Sequence record: PQ999132.1
From: Escherichia phage BUCT789
Length of the DNA: 40,771 nt
Direction: 5' to 3' (one strand)
Position 1 is the stretch's first letter, and the number at the start of each line of letters is the position of its first letter. The translations under genes and the position numbers were made by a program. Under the pieces are notes generated by a model. That model was not told the DNA's origin, searched no databases, and saw only the letters and a list, made by a program, of their open reading frames with translations. Shown piece after piece: positions 35,469 to 40,771 of this stretch.

Positions 35469-37731
35469 AACGGTACACCTCTTCCCCAGCCCATGTTAAC
35501 GGGAACCCTTCGGCCCACTCAGGTAATGAGCATAGCAGGTCACCCATCTCTTTAACCGTGTACTCTGGCGTGTCTGGCGTTTCGGCAACACATTCGTCAT
35601 GTACGTGGAGTACAATTGGGTAGCCCGCCGCCTCGACCGTCAGGAGTCCGTTAACCAGTAAATCACGGCACAACGCCTGGATGATGTTTTCACACAATTT
35701 TCCGCCGTGGGTGTACAAAGTTGTCCACTGGCGGGTGGTCTGATTTTCACCCTGATACTTAATGCGGACGTTAGTAGTAACGCGCCCATCCTCGTCAGTC
35801 TCTTTAGTGACGCTTAAGCCTATGCCAGGGTAGGACATGATGCGCCCAGACGGCAGTTCCACGCACAACCACCAACCCGGAACCGGATTACCGTGGTTGT
35901 CTTTTTCTTTGGTACGCCAGATGCGGATGGCTCTGTCGCCGTTAAGGCGTACTCGGGCCCCCGCCCAAAACTCTCGTCCCGGATTTCTGATGGCGGCTAT
36001 CACCGAATCCTTAAGGTCATTCCAGAATTTCACTGTTTCCGGATGGGCTTCCCGCCACATGCGCTTAATGGCGTCACAGGTGCGCCAGACTTCTTTAGGC
36101 AGCACATAAGAGGCCCGTTCATCTTTTTTACCAGGCTTTGGCGGGCGTTTAGCCTCCTGAATTCTGGCCCATTCGTAGCCACGGGCGGTAGCCGCCCAAA
36201 TGTGGTCGGGGAACGTGCCCCGCATTGTCTCTGTCATTTTAAAGAGGTCCAGCCCGTAAGTTTTAGCCATAGTCATAAAAGCCCCTACGCCCCCCTCGTA
36301 GCCGAGGCCGAGTTCGCAACATTTCCCGACCTGACGTAGGTCCTTACGGGTGGCTTTTAGTTCTACGGGGTCCATGCCAAACATCTTGCCCGCGGTGGCG
36401 CAATAAATATCAATCCCTGCGCGGAAGGTCTCAAGCGCGGATGTCTCCCCCGCGGTCCAGGCCAACCCGCGCCCTTCTACGTTTGAGTAGTCGGCAACGA
36501 GCAACTTATTACCCTTTTCAGGGATGATGCAACTGCGAACAGTCGAGGCTGTCAGCTTGGATACGTCGAAACGACGGTGCGCCCGACCCTTTAGCAGCAG
36601 ATTGATGCCGAACGATAGGGGGTTGAGACGACGGTTCCAGTCTTCGTCGGACTCCCACGGCTGGCGTACAAGTTTCTTCTCCTCGTTAGTCGGGTCATCA
36701 TGATAGTACCCGCGCGACAGGTTCTGCGGCTGGAACCCTTTACCCGCAAATCGTAAAGTGCGCTTTGCCCCACCGTACTGGATGCAACCGCGGCGGCGGC
36801 CGTCTTTGGACCGTCCTAGCAGGAGCGGTTTGTATTTTGTCGACGCCGTGGAGGCCGCGCCGAGGCGCATCTCAATGATTGTGCGCGCATCGTCAGGTAA
36901 GTCGTCGTCCTCTAGCAAACCTTCGAGCGTTGCTTTCTGCGCATTATAGATATTGTAGGCCGGTGCCAGCTCCCGAAGGATTGGCAGGAAGTCTTTACCC
37001 GTTAGCTTCCCGCCAAATTTAGCCCTGGCCTCGTTTTTTAGCTCTTGCTTGTGGCGTTCAACTGCTGCTACCGCCGCCTCAGCAAGAGCCGCATCAACAA
37101 AGAAGCCTCGGTCGTTGATTAACTGGTCAAGTTCAAGTACACGGTCCTCGAAATCGGAGTTACCCCAACGTGGCAGCTTATGGAAGACTTCACGCATCGC
37201 TGTGATGTCGCTCACGGCGTACTTGATGAACAGCGCCCATTCGTCCGGGTGCGTTTCGGCGGTGTAGCGGCGGATTTTATAGTTCTTCGGGGTTGGTTTG
37301 GAGAAACGCTGAATCAGAGCCTTGCCACGTTTATCTTTCGCGTTGTCGGCGGATACGCCCAGCACTTCGCATAATGCGTCAAGTGAACCCGGCAGCGCGT
37401 GGCGAAACGCCCAAATCATAGTGTCAATGGTGTTGCTGACCGGAATATCGAAGCCCCAGCAGTTCTTCATGATGAGCCTATCGAAAAGTCCACCGTTATG
37501 CCACACCATCTTAATGCGACTGTTTGGCTTCACCAGACGGCGTAACGCGCGGTGTAAATCTCCCGGCATGTCGCTGCCGTCAGTGCAGTCCCATACCTGA
37601 ACAGGCTCGTCATCAAAAGCATAGGTGCAGATGAGCACTTCGGTAGTCGGGTGTTCGGCGTAAGCATAGGAGCCGACTTTCTTCAAATCGGCTTCGGAGA
37701 AGGTTTCAAAGTCTAAGAACAGATAACTCAT
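35458..37731 (-). CDS. family A DNA polymerase with N-terminal 3'-5' exonuclease domain
   Basis: 757 aa; exo motif LDFETFSE; motif A DYSNVEGRGLAW, motif B RQVGKCCELGLGYEGG, motif C LHVHDE. Confidence 0.9.
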   Translation of the reverse strand: MSYLFLDFETFSEADLKKVGSYAYAEHPTTEVLICTYAFDDEPVQVWDCTDGSDMPGDLHRALRRLVKPNSRIKMVWHNGGLFDRLIMKNCWGFDIPVSNTIDTMIWAFRHALPGSLDALCEVLGVSADNAKDKRGKALIQRFSKPTPKNYKIRRYTAETHPDEWALFIKYAVSDITAMREVFHKLPRWGNSDFEDRVLELDQLINDRGFFVDAALAEAAVAAVERHKQELKNEARAKFGGKLTGKDFLPILRELAPAYNIYNAQKATLEGLLEDDDLPDDARTIIEMRLGAASTASTKYKPLLLGRSKDGRRRGCIQYGGAKRTLRFAGKGFQPQNLSRGYYHDDPTNEEKKLVRQPWESDEDWNRRLNPLSFGINLLLKGRAHRRFDVSKLTASTVRSCIIPEKGNKLLVADYSNVEGRGLAWTAGETSALETFRAGIDIYCATAGKMFGMDPVELKATRKDLRQVGKCCELGLGYEGGVGAFMTMAKTYGLDLFKMTETMRGTFPDHIWAATARGYEWARIQEAKRPPKPGKKDERASYVLPKEVWRTCDAIKRMWREAHPETVKFWNDLKDSVIAAIRNPGREFWAGARVRLNGDRAIRIWRTKEKDNHGNPVPGWWLCVELPSGRIMSYPGIGLSVTKETDEDGRVTTNVRIKYQGENQTTRQWTTLYTHGGKLCENIIQALCRDLLVNGLLTVEAAGYPIVLHVHDECVAETPDTPEYTVKEMGDLLCSLPEWAEGFPLTWAGEEVYRYAK

Positions 37732-37751
37732 TATTTTGACCCTTAGTAAAA

Positions 37752-37769
37752 AGGCCCAATAAAGGGCCT
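37752..37769 (-). terminator. rho-independent terminator/attenuator between SSB-like and polymerase genes
   Basis: aggccc-aataaa-gggcct; minus strand continues with TTTTTACT. Confidence 0.5.
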
Positions 37770-37789
37770 TAATTAAACAGATTCAGATA

Positions 37790-38422
37790 TTAACCACGGC
37801 GACGACGTTCGCGGCGCGGTGCTTCATCTTCTTCGTCGTCTTCCAGGTCGTCGGTGCTCGCTACTACACTGGAGCCGCCGAAGCGTTTACCTTCGCCCAT
37901 ATACTTGATGCCGAGGATGGTAGCGCACAGGTTTTTCCAATCTTTGTGCCACCATAATTCTACAGATACGTTTGCGATACATCCGCTATATACCTGCTCG
38001 CCTTCTATTTCTTTCCCGTCGATGTTGAAATCAGGCTCGGTTTGTTTTTCACCTTTAGCCGATGTCATAATCACCGGTTGGCGGTTGTTTGTAGCGCGGA
38101 AATACAGACCTTCTTCAAAATCCTCAATCGGATTATCTCGCATTGCCAGGTCACGGACGCAGCATTTGTCTGCGTGGTGGTCTGCACCGTAGTTGGCCTT
38201 CATCCATTTCTCGGCAGCAGCGGCCCCGATTGCATCTGTTACAACTTCCAACGCGGTGTCGTAAAGCGCATCAATTTGAGGATGGTCAGGCTGCATAAGA
38301 ACAGTAACCTGATACTTACCCTTAATCAGTTTACCGGTTTTCTTGTCCTCAGAGTCGGCAGCACGTTCAAATACGTTAACCCATGCAGTGTTTACTTTAC
38401 GCAGATTCAGTTTAATACCCAT
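37790..38422 (-). CDS. single-strand DNA-binding protein candidate (DUF2815-like) with acidic C-terminal tail
   Basis: 210 aa; C-terminus STDDLEDDEEDEAPRRERRRRG; sits next to the Cas4-like nuclease. Confidence 0.5.
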   Translation of the reverse strand: MGIKLNLRKVNTAWVNVFERAADSEDKKTGKLIKGKYQVTVLMQPDHPQIDALYDTALEVVTDAIGAAAAEKWMKANYGADHHADKCCVRDLAMRDNPIEDFEEGLYFRATNNRQPVIMTSAKGEKQTEPDFNIDGKEIEGEQVYSGCIANVSVELWWHKDWKNLCATILGIKYMGEGKRFGGSSVVASTDDLEDDEEDEAPRRERRRRG

Positions 38423-38479
38423 CGTGATTTCTCGCTTTTCAGTTTCGTTTACTCCGGGAGCTGCCCGGCCAGTGATTTA

Positions 38480-38508
38480 ACTATAATAGTTAGCTATTCA
38501 GGAGTCAA
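38480..38508 (-). promoter_or_regulatory. sigma70-like promoter, TTGACT-N17-TATAGT (minus strand)
   Basis: + strand agtcaa 38503-38508 and actata 38480-38485, 17-nt spacer. Confidence 0.5.
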
Positions 38509-38512
38509 CACT

Positions 38513-39754
38513 TTATTCTAAATCTTCTTCACTAACCTGATTCCACCCAGGCCGTTTGTCGTCTGCCGTTGCGACACATGGTGCGCCGGGCTTACGGGTA
38601 ATGAAGTCTTTCAGTTCTTCCTCCGGTATTACTTTAACCGCTTCGGCCGGCGTCATAAGAACTACCTTTTGCAGCATAGTGCCGTACTTCTCAAATACTG
38701 CATCGGTATCTTTCCACGCACGATTACCAGGACGACCTTCAACCAGCTTATACCCCGGCACTTTCTTACCGGAATGCAAAGCGGCTGCCATAGCTTTCTC
38801 AACCTTGTCGATGTGCTGGCGCAACAACGGCAACTTCTCGTACTCAGCTACGAGTTGCTCTGGTGTCAGTTCCAGTGCAAAGTCGCCCTCCAGTTCTTCC
38901 GCCAGTACCGAGTTAACGGTTTTTGTACGCGTGGCGCACTGTTCCGAGAACCGACACCACTGACATCCATCGACCGACGGCCTGAAGTCCGACGCTTTCA
39001 GGTTCTTTTTACCACGGAAATACGCATCAAGCGCCAACAGAGCTCGTTTCTGCGCGAACTTAGCGAACAGTTCCAGACCCTCGACCGAGATGTCCCATTC
39101 CGAAGCACCCCCGGCGTACGGCTGGAAAATAACCAGACGAACAACTGTGATGTTATAACGTCTCTTGAGTCGTCGATAAACACCGAGAGCGTAAAGCATA
39201 AGCTGCTTGTTTTCTTTCGCTTCAACACGATGTCGTCCTGTTTTAAGGTCGCCGATAATGAGCATGTGCTCGTCGGTGTTAACCAGTTCCTGTACGGCAA
39301 CAAGGTCGGCGGTTCCGAACGTCTCGACACCTTCATAACCTGGATGCAATACCTCAGTAAGATTGACGCGCATTTCCAGCTTGGCGTAAGTAGCTACGTC
39401 GATAATCGGTTTGCTGTAGTCGGTGTACTTGCGCACCTGCTCAATCATGTCGGCCGTAATCAGTACCGCCCCTTTCATCGGGCTGATTAGCGCCTTAATC
39501 TGGCCTTTACCCTCATCCAGCACATAAGCACCGACTTCGCGCTCTAACGGCAACGCAGTTCCGCGAATATAAGCGTTGAGATGTACCTCAGCTATGGTGT
39601 GGCACGCAGTACCTGTAACAGCCGCTTTACCTGACGTGTTAGGAATATCTTTTTCACAGGCCAGTGACGCCGCGCAGCTTAGCCACTTTTTAGCTCCCGA
39701 CGGTGACAGTAAGGCGTGTACATCGTTATTTCCGCCGCGTTCTTTTAGTTTCAT
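38513..39754 (-). CDS. Cas4/RecB-like PD-(D/E)XK exonuclease with Fe-S cysteines (DUF2800-like)
   Basis: N-terminal Cys plus C-terminal CQWCRFSEQC; IGDLKTGR...EAK nuclease core; ends SEEDLE; start ATG 39754 (track lists 39775). Confidence 0.7.
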   Translation of the reverse strand: MKLKERGGNNDVHALLSPSGAKKWLSCAASLACEKDIPNTSGKAAVTGTACHTIAEVHLNAYIRGTALPLEREVGAYVLDEGKGQIKALISPMKGAVLITADMIEQVRKYTDYSKPIIDVATYAKLEMRVNLTEVLHPGYEGVETFGTADLVAVQELVNTDEHMLIIGDLKTGRHRVEAKENKQLMLYALGVYRRLKRRYNITVVRLVIFQPYAGGASEWDISVEGLELFAKFAQKRALLALDAYFRGKKNLKASDFRPSVDGCQWCRFSEQCATRTKTVNSVLAEELEGDFALELTPEQLVAEYEKLPLLRQHIDKVEKAMAAALHSGKKVPGYKLVEGRPGNRAWKDTDAVFEKYGTMLQKVVLMTPAEAVKVIPEEELKDFITRKPGAPCVATADDKRPGWNQVSEEDLE

Positions 39755-39909
39755 GCTCTTAAACTCCCGCCCCATTTAACTTTACGCGTTTTGCGTTTAT
39801 AGGCGCACGTGTCGCCGCTACGGTTGAAGATGATCAGCCAAGTCGAGTTGCTTACTCGAAAAGGCTGGTGACGTTTAATAAAGATAAGTCGCGCTTTACG
39901 GTTCGTCAT
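39751..39909 (-). CDS. small basic hypothetical protein (about 52 aa; absent from the ORF track)
   Basis: ATGA-coupled at both ends within the leftward operon. Confidence 0.35.
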   Translation of the reverse strand: MTNRKARLIFIKRHQPFRVSNSTWLIIFNRSGDTCAYKRKTRKVKWGGSLRA

Positions 39910-40052
39910 TCTTCTACCCTCTCCACCCAAGCATCGTCAAAAGTATCAAAATCAAGATTATCGTATGCTGCGTATGCGGCAGGTACATCCAGGTATCGGC
40001 TGTGCTCTGTAGCCACGCCGTTAGTGTAAGTAAATATCGCCCAGTAAATCAT
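39907..40052 (-). CDS. small acidic hypothetical protein (about 48 aa; absent from the ORF track)
   Basis: ATG 40052 overlaps the upstream stop; own stop overlaps the next ATG. Confidence 0.35.
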
Positions 40053-40321
40053 GCTCTGCTCTCCCACTGGTCAATTAAATGTCTTGTCTTATAGTCACAG
40101 TGCATGGCCCAGCTGTACATCGACTCAAAGACATAAAAGTCAGGTTTGGCGAATGTCGTGCGCTTAATCTGTGACACGTGTCGGCCTATATCTTTAGGCC
40201 GAGGTACTTTGCCTAAGTACGCCATCTCTTCCATCTGGTGCGCACCTGACGGCGCACGTAGCAGCCATAGCGCCTCTGTGCCATCCCGTCTGTCTACGGC
40301 GCGGTAGAGTTGGTAAATCAT
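40049..40321 (-). CDS. hypothetical protein (90 aa)
   Basis: RBS GAGGGT upstream on the minus strand. Confidence 0.55.
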   Translation of the reverse strand: MIYQLYRAVDRRDGTEALWLLRAPSGAHQMEEMAYLGKVPRPKDIGRHVSQIKRTTFAKPDFYVFESMYSWAMHCDYKTRHLIDQWESRA

Positions 40322-40365
40322 AATTCCGACCCTCAGTTAAAGCGGCCAGAAGGCCGCGAGATAGT

Positions 40366-40771
40366 TATTCTTCTTCGAAGTACTTGTTCTTGATTGCCGT
40401 CAGGCGTTTCAGGTATTCGGCCAGGTCTTCGTCTTTAATCGCGGCAATCTTCATCTTCTTACCGGTGAACTCTTCCAGCAGTTCATCGGAATCATCACAC
40501 GCGGCATCGCTCGGACCTTCGTTAATCGCATCGTCGATAGCCTGAATCTGGTCACGCAGAGACTGGTAGTCGACTTCTTGTTTCTCTTCTTCCGGTTCTG
40601 GCGTATGTTCCTCTACTTTAGCTTTACGAGGTTTGCGTTTCGGCTTCTCTTCTTCTGCCGGTTTAGTGTCAACTAGGTCTTCACCTTCGACCGTGATTTC
40701 TTTCGTTACTTCTTTTACAACAGTAGGCGTGATTGTTGCAGTTTCTGCTACACCACTGTCGACGTCTTTAC
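40366..40771 (-). CDS. acidic hypothetical protein, 3' part (same gene as 1..239)
   Basis: Stop TAA at 40366-40368; frame continuous with 1..239 once the 127-bp duplicated end is collapsed. Confidence 0.6.
40645..40771. repeat. 127-bp terminal duplication of positions 1-127
   Basis: Exact identity by direct comparison; it lies inside a coding sequence, so most simply an assembly overlap of a circular or circularly permuted genome. Confidence 0.9.

Noticed and set aside
1-40771. Lysogeny module (integrase, CI-type repressor, att site)
   Set aside because: No integrase or recombinase-like ORF seen; the XRE and AlpA-like HTH proteins alone do not establish a temperate lifestyle.

Overview
The window reads as a complete, circularly closed genome of a tailed dsDNA phage with a long non-contractile tail (siphovirus-type), about 40.64 kb unique; the last 127 bp (40645-40771) repeat the first 127 bp. 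The host is inferred to be Gram-negative and enterobacteria-like, from an embedded Rz/Rz1 spanin pair and sigma70-type promoters. All calls rest on reading the ORF track and sequence by eye (motifs, gene order, overlaps); no database search or HMM was run, so product names are hypotheses. Layout: (1) a leftward replication/recombination operon that crosses the window junction (acidic protein, three small ORFs, Cas4-like nuclease, SSB-like protein, family A DNA polymerase, two small membrane peptides, VRR-NUC nuclease, SNF2 helicase); (2) a second leftward operon 597-3347 (primase-helicase, AlpA-like HTH); (3) a rightward block 3812-9589 of about 25 small genes including holin, membrane protein and endolysin; (4) a rightward morphogenesis block 9809-32711 from terminase to tailspike, interrupted by a leftward accessory cassette at 20920-22892. 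No integrase, tRNA, CRISPR array or DNA methyltransferase was seen. Most worth follow-up: the accessory cassette (HTH-metallophosphoesterase plus secreted protein), two families of conserved promoters, two promoter-to-terminator candidate small RNA loci, alternative hairpins over the holin ribosome-binding site, and a shared C-terminal EDLE motif on three replication proteins.
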